Shown piece by piece: positions 26,601 through 41,600 of a DNA stretch of 64,000 nucleotides. Origin of the DNA: Eledone cirrhosa (Eukaryota). Position numbers and translations under genes: made by a program. The stretch is from assembly GCA_964016885.1 (NCBI GenBank), contig OZ024741.1, positions 215,140,001 through 215,204,000 of the forward strand, written 5' to 3'. Below the pieces are notes generated by a model that saw nothing but the letters and a program-made list of their open reading frames with translations, did no database searches and had not been told where the DNA came from. Within the stretch, counting starts at the first letter, position 1. Each line of letters begins with the position of its first letter.

Positions 26601-29600
26601 GAATTGAACTTAGTTTGATCTTAAAATGGTAATGTTGAACCTAGTTTGGTCTTAAAATGGTAAGAATTGAAGCTAGGTTGGTCTTAAAATGGTAATAATT
26701 GAACCTAGTTTGGTCTTAAATTGGTAAGAATTGAACATAGTTTGGTCTTAAAATGGTAAGAATTGAACCTAGTTTGGACTTAAAATGGTAATAATTGAAC
26801 CTAGTTTGGTCTTAAAATGGTAAGAATTGAACCTAGTTTGATCTTAAAATGGTAAGAATTGAAGCTAGTTTGATATTAAAATTATAAGACTTGAACCTAG
26901 TTTGGTCTTAAAATGGTAAGAATTAAACCTAGTTTGGTCTCTAAATGGTAAGACTTGATCCTAATTTGGTCTTAAAATGGTAAGAATTGAACCTAGTTTG
27001 GTCTTCAAATGGTAAGACTTGAACCTAGTTTGGTCTTAAAATGGTATGAATTGAACCTAGTTTGGTCTTTAAATGGTAATAATTGAACTTAGTTTAATCT
27101 TAAAATGGTAAGAATTGAAGCTAGTCTGGTCTTAAAATGGTAAGAATTGAACCTAGTTTGGTCTTAAAATAGTAAGAATTGAACCTTATTTGGTCTTAAA
27201 ATGGTAAGAATTGAACCTAGTTTGGTCTTCAATTGGTAAGACTTGAACCTAGTTTGGTCTTAAAACTTTACGAATTGAACCTAGTTTGGTCTTAAAATGG
27301 TTAGACTTAAACCTAGTTTGGTCTTAAAATGGTAAGAATTTAACCTAGTTTGGTCTTAAAATGGTAAGAATTGTACCTAGTTTGATCTTAAATTGGTAAG
27401 ATTTGAACCTAGTTCAGTCATTAAAGGGTAAGAATTGAACCTAGTTTGGTCTTAAAATGGTAAGACCTGAACCTCGTTTGGTCTTAAAATGGTAAGAATT
27501 GAACCCAGTTTGGTCTGAAAATGGTAAGAATTGAACCTAGTTTGGTCTTAAAATGGTAAGAATTGAACCTAGTTTGGTCTTAAAATGGTAAGAATTGAAC
27601 CTAGTTTGATCTTAAAATGGTAAGATTTGAACTTAATTTGGTCTTAAAATGGTAAGAATTGAACCTAGTTTGGTCTTAAAATGGTAAAAATTGAACCTAG
27701 TTTGGTCTTAAAATGGTAAGAATTATACTTTGTTTGGTCTTAAAATGGTAAGAATTGAACCTATTTTGGTCTTAAAATGGTAAGAATTGAACCTAGTTTG
27801 GTCTTTAAATGGTAAGACTTGATCCTAATTTGGTCTTAAAATGGTAAGAATTGAACCAAGTTTGATCTTTAAATGGTAAGACTTGAACCTAGTTTGATCT
27901 TAAAATGGTAAGAATTGAACCTAGTTTGATCTTAAAATGGTAAGAATTGAACCTAGTTTGATCTTAAAATGGTAAGAATTGAACCTAGTTTGGTCTTAAA
28001 ATGGTAAGAATTGAACCTAGTTTGATTTTAAAATGGTAAGAATTGAACCTAGGTTGATCTTTAAATGGTAAGAATTGAAACTAATTTGATCTTAAAAGAT
28101 AGTTTAGCAACCAGTTTATATTTGAGGATTATTAGGTAGTTATAATTTATGTGTTGTGCTTTTGTTGTTGTGCTTGCTGTGCCTGTTGTCGTTGTCGTTG
28201 TTGTCGTTGTTGTTGTTGTCATTGTTGGCGGCGGTGGTGTGGTGGTGGTGGTTGTTGTTGCTATTTGTGTTGTTGGTGTGCCTGTTGTTGTTATTTGCAG
28301 TGGTGGTACTTGTGCTTGTTGTTGCTGTTGTCGTTGTTGCTGTTGTTGTGCTAATTGTTGTTGTTGTTGTTGTTGCTGTTGTGCTTGTTGGTAAGTATTG
28401 AACCTAGTTTGGTCTTAAAATGGTAAGAATTGAGCCTAGTTTGGTCTTCAAATGGAAAGAATTGAACCTAGTTTGGTATTTAAATGGTAAGAATTGAACT
28501 TAGTTTGATCTTAAAATGGTAAAATTGAACCTAGTTTGGTCTTAAAATGGTAAGAATTGAAGCTAGTTTGGTCTTAAAATGGTAATAATTGAACCTAGTT
28601 TGGTCTTAAATTTGTAAGAATTGAACATAGTTTGGTCCGAAAATTGTAAGAATTGAACCTAATTTGATCTTAAAAATGGTAAGATTTGAACCTAGTTTGA
28701 TCTTAAAATGGTAAGACTTGAACCTAGTTTGGTCTTAAAATGGTAAGAATTAAACCTTGTTTGGACTTAAAATGGTAAGAATTGAACCTAGTTTGGTCTT
28801 AAAATGGTAAGAATGAAGCTAGTTTGATGTTAAAATTGTAAGACTTGAACCTAGTTTGGTCTTCAAATGGTAAGAATTGAACCTAGTTTGGTCTCTAAAT
28901 GGTAAGACTTGATCCTAATTTGGTCTTAAAATGGTAAGAATTGAACCTAGTTTGGTCTTCAAATGGTAAGACTTGAACCTAGTTTGGTCTTAAAATGGTA
29001 AGAATTGAACATAGTTTGGTCTTCAAATGGTAAGACTTTAACCTAGTTTGATCTTAAAATAGTAAGAATTGAACCTAGTTTGGTCTTAAAATGGTAAGAC
29101 TTGAACCTACTTTGGTCTTAAAATGGCAAGAATTGAACCTTGTTTGGTCTTTAAATGGTAAGAATTGAATCTAGTTTGGTCTTAAAATGGTAAGAATTGA
29201 ACATACTTTGGTCTTAAATGGTAAGAATTGAACCTAGTTTGGTCTTAAAATGGTAAGACTTGAACCTAGTTTGGTCTTTAAATGGTAAGAATTGAACCTA
29301 ATTTGGTCTTAAAATGGTAAGACTTGAACCTACTTTGGTCTTAAAATGGCAAGAATTGAACCTTGTTTGGTCTTTAAATGGTAAGACTTGAATCTAGTTT
29401 GTTCTTAAAATGGTAAGAATTGAACCTAGTTTGGTCTTAAATGGTAAGAATTGAACCTAGTTTGGTCTTAAAATGGTAAGACCTAAACCTAGTTTGGTCT
29501 TAAAATGGTAAGAATTGAACCCAGTTTGGTCAGAAAATGGTAAGAATTGAACCTAGTTTGGTCTTAAAATGGTAAAATTGAACCTAGTTTGGTCTAAAAA

Positions 29601-32600
29601 TGGTAAGAATTGAACCTACTTTGGTCTTAAAATGGTAAGATTTGAACCTAGTTTGATCTTAAAATGGTAAGACTTGAACCTAGTTTGGTCTTAAAATGGT
29701 AAGAATTGAACCTAGTTTGGTCTTAAAATGGTAAGAATTATACTTTGTTTGGTCTTAAAATGGTAAGAATTGAACTATTTTGGTCTTAAAATGGTAAGAA
29801 TTTAACCTAGTTTGGTCTTTAAATGGTAAGACTTGATCCTAATTTGGTCTTAAAATGGTAAGAATTGAACCAAGTTTGATCTTTAAATGGTAAGACTTGA
29901 ACCTAGTTTGATCTTAAAATGGTAAGAATTGAACCTAGTTTGATCTTAAAATGGTACGAATTGAACCTAGTTTGATCTTAAAATGGTAAGAATTGAACCT
30001 AGTTTGGTCTTAAAATGGTAAGAATTTAAGAATTGAACCTAGGTTGATCTTTAAATGGTAAGAATTGAACCTAATTTGATCTTAAAAGAGAGTTTAGCAA
30101 CCAGTTTATATTTGAGGATTATTAGGTAGTTCTAATTTATGTGTTGTGCTTTTGTTGTTGTGCTTGTTGTGCCTGTTGTCGTTGTCGTTGTTGTCGTTGT
30201 TGTTGTTGTCATTGTTGGCGGCGGTGGTGTGGTGGTGGTGGTTGTTGTTGCTATTTGTGTTGTTGGTGTGCCTGTTGTTGTTATTTGCGGTGGTGGTACT
30301 TGTGCTTGTTGTTGCTGTTGTCGTTGTTGCTGTTGTTGTGCTAATTGTTGTTGTTGTTGTTGCTGTTGTGCTTGTTGGTAAGTATTGAACCTAGTTTGGT
30401 CTTAAAATGGTAAGAATTGAGCCTAGTTTGGTCTTCAAATGGAAAGAATTGAACCTAGTTTGGTCTTTAAATGGTAAGAATTGAACTTAGTTTGATCTTA
30501 AAATGGTAAGAATTGAACCTAGTTTGGACTTAAAATGGTAAGAATTGAACCTAGTTTGGTCTTAAAATGGTAAGAATTGAACCTAGTTTGATCTTAAAAT
30601 GGTAAGAATTGAAGCTAGTTTGATATTAAAATTATAAGACTTGAACCTAGTTTGGTCTTAAAATGGTAAGAATTGAACCTAGTTTGGTCTCTGAATGGTA
30701 AGACTTGATCCTAATTTGGTCTTAAAATGGTAAGAATTCAACCTAGTTTGGTCTTCAAATGGTAAGACTTGAACCTAGTTAGGTCTTAAAATGGTATGAA
30801 TTGAACCTAGTTTGGTCTTTAAATGGTAATAATTGAACTTAGTTTAATCTTAAAATGGTGAGAATTGAAGCTAGTCTGGTCTTAAAATGGTAAGAATTGA
30901 ACCTAGTTTGGTCTTAAAATAGTAAGAATTGAACCTTATTTGGTCTTAAAATGGTAAGAATTGAACCTATTTTGGTCTTAAAATGGTAAGAATTGAACCT
31001 AGTTTGGTCTTTAAATGGTACGACTTGATCCTAATTTGGTCTTAAAATGGTAAGAATTGAACCTAGTTTGGTCTTCAATTGGTAAGACTTGAACCTAGTT
31101 TGGTCTTAAAATTTTACGAATTGAACCTAGTTTGGTCTTAAAATGTTTAGACTTAAACCTAGTTTGGTCTTAAAATGGTAAGAATTTAACCTAGTTTGGT
31201 CTTAAAATGGTAAGAATTGTACCTAGTTTGATCTTAAATTGGTAAGATTTGAACCTAGTTCAGTCGTTAAAGGGTAAGAATTGAACCTAGTTTGGTCTTA
31301 AAATGGTAAGACCTGAACCTCGTTTGGTCTTAAAATGGTAAGAATTGAACCCAGTTTGGTCTGAAAATGGTAAGAATTGAACCTAGTTTGATCTTAAAAT
31401 GGTAAGATTTGAACTTAATTTGGTCTTAAAATGGTAAGAATTGAACCTAGTTTGGTCTTAAAATGGTAAGAATTGAACCTAGTTTGGTCTTAAAATGGTA
31501 AGAATTGAACCTAGTTTGGTCTTAAAATGGTAAGAATTGAACCTAGTTTGATCTTAAAATGGTAAGATTTGAACTTAATTTGGTCTTAAAATGGTAAGAA
31601 TTGAACCTAGTTTGGTCTTAAAATGGTAAGAATTGAACCTAGTTTGGTCTTAAAATGGTAAGAATTATACTTTGTTTGGTCTTAAAATGGTAAGAATTGA
31701 ACCTAGTTTGGTCTTTAAATGGTAAGACTTGATCCTAATTTGGTCTTAAAATGGTAAGAATTGAACCAAGTTTGATCTTTAAATGGTAAGACTTGAACCT
31801 AGTTTGATCTTAAAAGGGTAAGAATTGAACCTAGTTTGATCTTAAAATGGTAAGAATTGAACCTAGTTTGATCTTAAAATGGTAAGAATTGAACCTAGTT
31901 TGGTCTTAAAATGGTAAGAATTGAACCTAGTTTGATCTTAAAATGGTAAGAATTGAACCTAGGTTGATCTTTAAATGGTAAGAATTGAAACTAATTTGAT
32001 CTTAAAAGATAGTTTAGCAACTAGTTTATATTTGAGGATTATTAGGTAGTTCTAATTTATGTGTTGTGCTTTTGTTGTTGTTCTTGCTGTGCCTGTTGTC
32101 GTTGTCGTTGTTGTCGTTGTTGTTGTTGTCATTGTTGGCGGCGGTGGTGTGGTGGTGGTGGTTGTTGTTGCTATTTGTGTTGTTGGTGTGCCTGTTGTTG
32201 GTTATTTGCGGTGGTGGTACTTGTGCTTGTTGTTGCTGTTGTCGTTGTTGCTGTTGTTGTGCTAATGGTTGTTGTTGTTGTTGTTGCTGTTGTGCTTGTT
32301 GATAAGTATTGAACCTAGTTTGGTCTTAAAATGGTAAGAATTGAGCCTAGTTTTGATCTTCAAATGGAAAGAATTGAACCTAGTTTGGTATTTAAATGGT
32401 AAGAATTGAACTTAGTTTGATCTTAAAATGGTAAAATTGAACCTAGTTTGGTCTTAAAATGGTAAGAATTGAAGCTAGTTTGGTTTTAAAATGGTAATAA
32501 TTGAACCTAGTTTGGTCTTAAATTTGTAAGAATTGAACATAGTTTGGTCCGAAAATTGTAAGAATTGAACCTAATTTGATCTTAAAATGGTAAGATTTGA

Positions 32601-35600
32601 ACCTAGTTTGATCTTAAAATGGTAATACTTGAACCTAGTTTGGTCTTAAAATGGTAAGAATTAAACCTTGTTTGGACTTAAAATGGTAAGAATTGAACCT
32701 AGTTTGGTCTTAAAATGGTAAGAATTGAAGCTAGTTTGATGTTAAAATTGTAAGACTTGAACCTAGTTTGGTCTTAAAATGGTAAGAATTGAACCTAGTT
32801 TGGTCTCTAAATGGTAAGACTTGATCCTAATTTGGTCTTAAAATGGTAAGAATTGAACCTAGTTTGGTCTTCAAATGGTAAGACTTGAACCTAGTTTGGT
32901 CTTAAAATGGTAAGAATTGAACCTAGTTTGGTCTTCAAATGGTAAGACTTTAACCTAGTTTGATCTTAAAATAGTAAGAATTGAACCTAGTTTGGTCTTA
33001 AAATGGTAAGACTTGAACCTACTTTGGTCTTAAAATGGCAAGAATTGAACCTTGTTTGGTCTTTAAATGGTAAGAATTGAATCTAGTTTGGTCTTAAAAT
33101 GGTAAGAATTGAACATACTTTGGTCTTAAATGGTAAGAATTGAACCTAGTTTGGTCTTAAAATGGTAAGACTTGAACCTAGTTTGGTCTTTAAATGGTAA
33201 GAATTGAACCTAATTTGGTCTTAAAATGGTAAGACTTGAACCTACTTTGGTCTTAAAATGGCAAGAATTGAACCTTGTTTGGTCATTAAATGGTAAGACT
33301 TGAATCTAGTTTGTTCTTAAAATGGTAAGAATTGAACCTAGTTTGGTCTTAAATGGTAAGAATTGAACCTAGTTTGGTCTTAAAATGGTAAGACCTGAAC
33401 CTAGTTTGGTCTTAAAATGGTAAGAATTGAACCCAGTTTGGTCAGAAAATGGTAAGAATTGAACCTAGTTTGGTCTTAAAATGGTAAGATTTGAACCTAG
33501 TTTGATCTTAAAATGGTAAGACTTGAACCTAGTTTGGTTTTAAAATGGTAAGAATTGAACCTAGTTTTGTCTTAAAAATGGTAAGAATTATACTTTGTTT
33601 GGTCTTAAAATGGTAAGAATTGAACCTATTTTGGTCTTAAAATGGTAAGAATTTAACCTAGTTTGGTCTTTAAATGGTAAGACTTGATCCTAATTTGGTC
33701 TTAAAATGGTAAGAATTGAACCAAGTTTGATCTTTAAATGGTAAGACTTGAACCTAGTTTGATCTTAAAATGGTAAGAATTGAACCTAGTTTGATCTTAA
33801 AATGGTACGAATTGAACCTAGTTTGATCTTAAAATGGTAAGAATTGAACCTAGTTTGGTCTTAAAATGGTAAGAATTGAAGAATTGAACCTAGGTTGATC
33901 TTTAAATGGTAAGAATTGAACCTAATTTGATCTTAAAAGAGAGTTTAGCAACCAGTTTATATTTGAGGATTATTAGGTAGTTCTAATTTATGTGTTGTGC
34001 TTTTGTTGTTGTGCTTGTTGTGCCTGTTGTCGTTGTCGTTGTTGTCGTTGTTGTTGTTGTCATTGTTGGCGGCGGTGGTGTGGTGGTGGTGGTTGTTGTT
34101 GCTATTTGTGTTGTTGGTGTGCCTGTTGTTGTTATTTGCGGTGGTGGTACTTGTGCTTGTTGTTGCTGTTGTCGTTGTTGCTGTTGTTGTGCTAATTGTT
34201 GTTGTTGTTGTTGCTGTTGTGCTTGTTGGTAAGTATTGAACCTAGTTTGGTCTTAAAATGGTAAGAATTGAGCCTAGTTTGGTCTTCAAATGGAAAGAAT
34301 TGAACCTAGTTTGGTCTTTAAATGGTAAGAATTGAACTTAGTTTGATCTTAAAATGGTAATGTTGAACCTAGTTTGGTCTTAAAATGGTAAGAATTGAAG
34401 CTAGTTTGGTTTTACAAATGGTAATAATTGAACCTAGTTTGGTCTTAAATTTGTAAGAATTGAACATAGTTTGGTCCGAAAATTGTAAGAATTGAACCTA
34501 ATTTGATCTTAAAATGGTAAGATTTGAACCTAGTTTGATCTTAAAATGGTAATACTTGAACCTAGTTTGGTCTTAAAATGGTAAGAATTAAACCTTGTTT
34601 GGACTTAAAATGGTAAGAATTGAACCTAGTTTGGTCTTAAAATGGTAAGAATTGAAGCTAGTTTGATGTTAAAATTGTAAGACTTGAACCTAGTTTGGTC
34701 TTAAAATGGTAAGAATTGAACCTAGTTTGGTCTCTAAATGGTAAGACTTGATCCTAATTTGGTCTTAAAATGGTAAGAATTGAACCTAGTTTGGTCTTCA
34801 AATGGTAAGACTTGAACCTAGTTTGGTCTTAAAATGGTAAGAATTGAACCTAGTTTGGTCTTCAAATGGTAAGACTTTAACCTAGTTTGATCTTAAAATA
34901 GTAAGAATTGAACCTAGTTTGGTCTTAAAATGGTAAGACTTGAACCTACTTTGGTCTTAAAATGGCAAGAATTGAACCTTGTTTGGTCTTTAAATGGTAA
35001 GAATTGAATCTAGTTTGGTCTTAAAATGGTAAGAATTGAACATACTTTGGTCTTAAATGGTAAGAATTGAACCTAGTTTGGTCTTAAATGGTAAGACTTG
35101 AACCTAGTTTGGTCTTTAAATGGTAAGAATTGAACCTAATTTGGTCTTAAAATGGTAAGACTTGAACCTACTTTGGTCTTAAAATGGCAAGAATTGAACC
35201 TTGTTTGGTCATTAAATGGTAAGACTTGAATCTAGTTTGTTCTTAAAATGGTAAGAATTGAACCTAGTTTGGTCTTAAATGGTAAGAATTGAACCTAGTT
35301 TGGTCTTAAAATGGTAAGACCTGAACCTAGTTTGGTCTTAAAATGGTAAGAATTGAACCCAGTTTGGTCAGAAAATGGTAAGAATTGAACCTAGTTTGGT
35401 CTTAAAATGGTAAGATTTGAACCTAGTTTGATCTTAAAATGGTAAGACTTGAACCTAGTTTGGTTTTAAAATGGTAAGAATTGAACCTAGTTTTGTCTTA
35501 AAATGGTAAGAATTATACTTTGTTTGGTCTTAAAATGGTAAGAATTGAACCTATTTTGGTCTTAAAATGGTAAGAATTTAACCTAGTTTGGTCTTTAAAT

Positions 35601-38600
35601 GGTAAGACTTGATCCTAATTTGGTCTTAAAATGGTAAGAATTGAACCAAGTTTGATCTTTAAATGGTAAGACTTGAACCTAGTTTGATCTTAAAATGGTA
35701 AGAATTGAACCTAGTTTGATCTTAAAATGGTACGAATTGAACCTAGTTTGATCTTAAAATGGTAAGAATTGAACCTAGTTTGGTCTTAAAATGGTAAGAA
35801 TTGAAGAATTGAACCTAGGTTGATCTTTAAATGGTAAGAATTGAACCTAATTTGATCTTAAAAGAGAGTTTAGCAACCAGTTTATATTTGAGGATTATTA
35901 GGTAGTTCTAATTTATGTGTTGTGCTTTTGTTGTTGTGCTTGTTGTGCCTGTTGTCGTTGTCGTTGTTGTCGTTGTTGTTGTTGTCATTGTTGGCGGCGG
36001 TGGTGTGGTGGTGGTGGTTGTTGTTGCTATTTGTGTTGTTGGTGTGCCTGTTGTTGTTATTTGCGGTGGTGGTACTTGTGCTTGTTGTTGCTGTTGTCGT
36101 TGTTGCTGTTGTTGTGCTAATTGTTGTTGTTGTTGTTGCTGTTGTGCTTGTTGGTAAGTATTGAACCTAGTTTGGTCTTAAAATGGTAAGAATTGAGCCT
36201 AGTTTGGTCTTCAAATGGAAAGAATTGAACCTAGTTTGGTCTTTAAATGGTAAGAATTGAACTTAGTTTGATCTTAAAATGGTAATGTTGAACCTAGTTT
36301 GGTCTTAAAATGGTAAGAATTGAAGCTAGTTTGGTCTTAAAATGGTAATAATTGAACCTAGTTTGGTCTTAAATTGGTAAGACTTGAACCTAGTTTGGTC
36401 TTAAAATGGTAAGAATTGAACCTAGTTTGGTCTCTAAATGGTAAGACTTGATCCTAATTTGGTCTTAAAATGGTAAGAATTGAACCTAGTTTGGTCTTCA
36501 AATGGTAAGACTTGAACCTAGTTAGGTCTTAAAATGGTATGAATTGAACCTAGTTTGGTCTTTAAATGGTAATAATTGAACTTAGTTTAATCTTAAAATG
36601 GTAAGAATTGAAGCTAGTCTGGTCTTAAAATGGTAAGAATTGAACCTAGTTTGGTCTTAAAATAGTAAGAATTGAACCTCATTTGGTCTTAAAATGGTAA
36701 GAATTAAACCTATTTTGGTCTTAAAATGGTAAGAATTGAACCTAGTTTGGTCTTTAAATGGTACGACTTGATCCTAATTTGGTCTTAAAATGGTAAGAAT
36801 TGAACCTAGTTTGGTCTTCAATTGGTAAGACTTGAACCTAGTTTGGTCTTAAAATTTTACGAATTGAACCTAGTTTGGTCTTAAAATGGTTAGACTTAAA
36901 CCTAGTTTGGTCTTAAAATGGTAAGAATTTAACCTAGTTTGGTCTTAAAATGGTAAGAATTGTACCTAGTTTGATCTTAAATTGGTAAGATTTGAACCTA
37001 GTTCAGTCATTAAAGGGTCAGAATTGAACCTAGTTTGGTCTTAAAATGGTAAGACCTGAACCTCGTTTGGTCTTAAAATGGTAAGAATTGAACCCAGTTT
37101 GGTCTGAAAATGGTAAGAATTGAACCTAGTTTGGTCTTAAAATGGTAAGAATTGAACCTAGTTTGGTCTTAAAATGGTAAGAATTGAACCTAGTTTGATC
37201 TTAAAATGGTAAGATTTGAACTTAATTTGGTCTTAAAATGGTAAGAATTGAACCTAGTTTGGTCTTAAAATGGTAAGAATTGAACCTAGTTTGGTCTTAA
37301 AATGGTAAGAATTATACTTTGTTTGGTCTTAAAATGGTAAGAATTGAACCTAGTTTGGTCTTAAAATGGTAAGAATTGAACCTAGGTTGATCTTTAAATG
37401 GTAAGAATTGAAACTAATTTGATCTTAAAAGATAGTTTAGCAACCAGTTTATATTTGAGGATTATTAGGTAGTTCTAATTTATGTGTTGTGCTATTGTTG
37501 TTGTGCTTGCTGTGCCTGTTGTCGTTGTCGTTGTTGTCGTTGTTGTTGTTGTCATTGTTGGCGGCGGTGGTGTGGTGGTGGTGGTTGTTGTTGCTATTTG
37601 TGTTGTTGGTGTGCCTGTTGTTGTTATTTGCGGTGGTGGTACTTGTGCTTGTTGTTGCTGTTGTCGTTGTTGCTGTTGTTGTGCTAATTGTTGTTGTTGT
37701 TGTTGCTGTTGTGCTTGTTGGTAAGTATTGAACCTAGTTTGGTCTTAAAATGGTAAGAATTGAGCCTAGTTTGGTCTTCAAATGGAAAGAATTGAACCTA
37801 GTTTGGTCTTTAAATGGTAAGAATTGAACTTAGTTTGATCTTAAAATGGTAATGTTGAACCTAGTTTGGTCTTAAAATGGTAAGAATTGAAGCTAGGTTG
37901 GTCTTAAAATGGTAATAATTGAACCTAGTTTGGTCTTAAATTGGTAAGAATTGAGCCTAGTTTGGTCTTCAAATGGAAAGAATTGAACCTAGTTTGGTAT
38001 TTAAATGGTAAGAATTGAAGCTAGTTTGGTCTTAAAATGGTAATAATTGAACCTAGTTTGGTCTTAAATTTGTAAGAATTGAACATAGTTTAGTCCGAAA
38101 ATTGTAAGAATTGAACCTAATTTGATCTTAAAATGGTAAGATTTGAACCTAGTTTGATCTTAAAATGGTAAGACTTGAACCTAGTTTGGTCTTAAAATGG
38201 TAAGAATTAAACCTTGTTTGGACTTAAAATGGTAAGAATTGAACCTAGTTTGGTCTTAAAATGGTAAGAATTGAAGCTAGTTTGATGTTAAAATTGTAAG
38301 ACTTGAACCTAGTTTGGTCTTAAAATGGTAAGAATTGAACCTAGTTTGGTCTCTAAATGGTAAGACTTGATCCTAATTTGGTCTAAAAATGGTAAGAATT
38401 GAACCTAGTTTGGTCTTCAAATGGTAAGACTTGAACCTAGTTTGGTCTTAAAATGGTAAGAATTGAACCTAGTTTGGTCTTTAAATGGTAATAATTGAAC
38501 TTAGTTTAATCTTAAAATGGTAAGAATTGAAGCTAGTCTGGTCTTAAAATGGTAAGAATTGAACCTAGTTTGGTCTTAAAGTAGTAAGAATTGAACCTTA

Positions 38601-41600
38601 TTTGGTCTTAAAATGGTAAGAATTGAACCTAGTTTGGTCTTGAAATGGTAAGTCTTGATCCTAATTTGGTCTTAAAATGGTAGGAATTGAACCTAGTTTG
38701 GTCTTCAATTGGTAAGACTTGAACCTAGTTTGGTCTTAAAATTTTACGAATTGAACCTAGTTTGGTCTTAAAATGGTTAGACTTAAACCTAGTTTGGTCT
38801 TAAAATGGTATGAATTGAACCTAGTTTGGTCTTAAAATGGTAAGAATTGTACCTAGTTTGATCTTAAAATGGTAAGATTTGAACCTAGTTTAGTCATAAA
38901 AGGGTAAGAATTGAACATAGTTTGGTCTTAAAATGGTAAGAATTGAACCCAGTTTGGTCTGAAAATGGTAAGAATTGAACCTAGTTTGGTCTTAAAATGG
39001 TAAGAATTGAACCTAGTTTGGTCTTAAAATGGTAACAATTGAACCTAGTTTGATCTTAAAATGGTAAGATTTGAACTTTATTTGGTCTTCAAATGGTAAG
39101 AATTGAACCTAGTTTGGTCTTAAAATGGTAAGAATTGAACCTAGTTTGGTCTTAAAATGGTAAGACTTGAACCTTGTTTGGTCTTTAAATGGTAAATTTG
39201 AATCTAGTTTGTTCTTAAAATGGTAAGAATTGAACCTAGTTTGGTCTTAAATTGTAAGAATTGAACCTAGTTTGGTCTTAAAATGGTAAGACTTAAACCT
39301 AGTTTGGTCTTAAAATGGTAAAATTGAACCTAGTTTGGTCTTTAAATGGTAAGAATTGAACCCAGTTTGGTCTTAAAATGGTAAAATTTTAACCTAGTTT
39401 GATCTTAAAATGGTAAGACTTGAACCTAGTTTGGTCTTAAAATGGTAAGAATTGAACCTAGTTTGATCTTAAAATGGTAGATTTGAACCTAGTTTGGTCT
39501 TAAAATGGTAAGAATTGAACCTAGTTTGGTCTTCAAATGGTAAGACTTGAACCTAGTTTTGTCTTAAAATGGTAAGAATTGAACCTAGTTTGGTCTTAAA
39601 ATGGTAATACTTGAACCTAGTTTGGTCTTAAAATGGTAAGAATTGAACCTAGTTTGATCATAAAATGGTAAGATTTGAACCTAGTTTGGTCTTAAAATGG
39701 TAAGAATTGAACCTAGTTTGGGCTTCAAATGGTAAGAATTTAACGTATTTTGGTCTTTAAATGGTAAGAATTGAACCTAGTTTGGTCTTAAATGGTAAGA
39801 ATTGAACCTAGTTTGGTCTGAAAATGGTAAGAATTGAACCTAGTTTGGTCTTAAAATGGTAAAAATTGAACCTAGTTTGATCTTAAAATGGTAAGATTTG
39901 AACTTAATTTGGTCTTAAAATGGTAAGAATTGAACCTAGTTTGGTCTTAAAATGGTAAGAATTGATCCTAGTTTGATCTTAAAATGGTAAGAAATGAACC
40001 TAGATTGGTCTTCAGATGGTAAGATTTGAACCTAGTTTAGTCATAAAAGGGTAAGAATTGAACCTAGTTTGGTCTTCAAATGGTAAGACCTGAACCTAGT
40101 TTGGTCTTAAAATGTTAAGAATTGAACCTAGTTTGGTCTTAAAATGGTAAGAATTGAACCTAGTTTGGTCTTAAAATGGTAAGAATTGATCCTAGTTTGA
40201 TCTTAAAATGGTAAGAAATGAACCTAGTTTGGTCTTCAGATGGTAAGACTTTACCCTAGTTTGGTCTGAAAATGTTAAGAATTGAACCTAGTTTGGTCTT
40301 AAAATGGTAAGACTTGAACCTAGTTTGTTATTTAAATGGTAAGAATTGAACCTAATTTGGTCTTATAATGGTAAGACTTGAACCTACTTTGGTCTTAAAA
40401 TGGCAAGAATTGAACCTTGTTTGGTCTTTAAATAGTAAGACTTGAATCTCGTTTGTTCTTAAAATGGTAAGAATTGAACCTAGTTTGGTCTTAAAATGGT
40501 AAGAATTGAACCTAGTTTGATCTTAAAATGGTAAGATTTGAACTTAATTTGGTCTTAAAATGGTAAGAATTGAACCTAGTTTGGTCTTAAAATGGTAAGA
40601 ATTGAACCTAGTTTGTTCTTAAAATGGTAAGAATTGAACCTAGTTTGGTCTTAAATGGTAAGAATTGTACCTAGTTTGGTCTTAAAATGGTAAGAATTGA
40701 ACCTAGTTTGGCCTTAAAATGGTTAGAATTGAACCTAGTTTGATCTTAAAATGGTAAGATTTGAACTTAATTTGGTCTTAAAATGTTAAGAATTGAACCT
40801 AGTTTGGTCTTAAAATGGTAAGAATTGAACCTAGTTTGGTCTTAAAATGGTAAGAATTGATTCTAGTTTGATCTTAAAATGGTAAGAAATGAACCTAGTT
40901 TGGTCTTCAGATGGTAAGACTTTAACCTAGTTTGGTCTTAAAATGGTAAGAATTGAACCTAGTTTGGTCTTAAAATGGTAAGACTTGAACCTAGTTTGGT
41001 CTTTAAATGGTAAGACTTGAACCTAGTTTGTTCTTTAAATGGTAAGACTTGAACCTAGTTTGGTCTTTAAATGGTAAGAATTGAACCTAATTTGGTCTTA
41101 AAATGGTAAGAATTGAACCTTGTTTGGTCTTTAAATGGTAAGACTTGAATCTAATTTGTTCTTAAAATGGTAAGAATTGAACCTAGTTTGGTCTTAAATG
41201 GTAAGAATTGAACCTAGTTTGGTCTTAAAATGGTAAGACTTAAACATAGTTTGGTCTTAAAATGGTAAAATTGAACCTAGTTTGGTCTTAAAATGGTAAG
41301 AATTGGACCCAGTTTGGTCTTAAAATGGTAAGAATTGAACCTAGTTTGGTCTTCAAATGGTAAGAATTGAACCTAGTTTGGGCTTCAAATGGTAAGAATT
41401 GAACCTACTTTGGTCTTTAAATGGTAAGAAATTGAACCTAGTTTTGTCTTAAATGGTAAGAATTGAACCTAGTTTGGTCTTAAAATGGTAAGACTTAAAC
41501 CTAGTTTGGTCTTGAAATTGTAAGATTGAATCTAGTTTGATCTTAAAATGGTAAGACTTGAACCTAGTTTGGTCTTAAAATGGTAAGAATTGAACCTAGT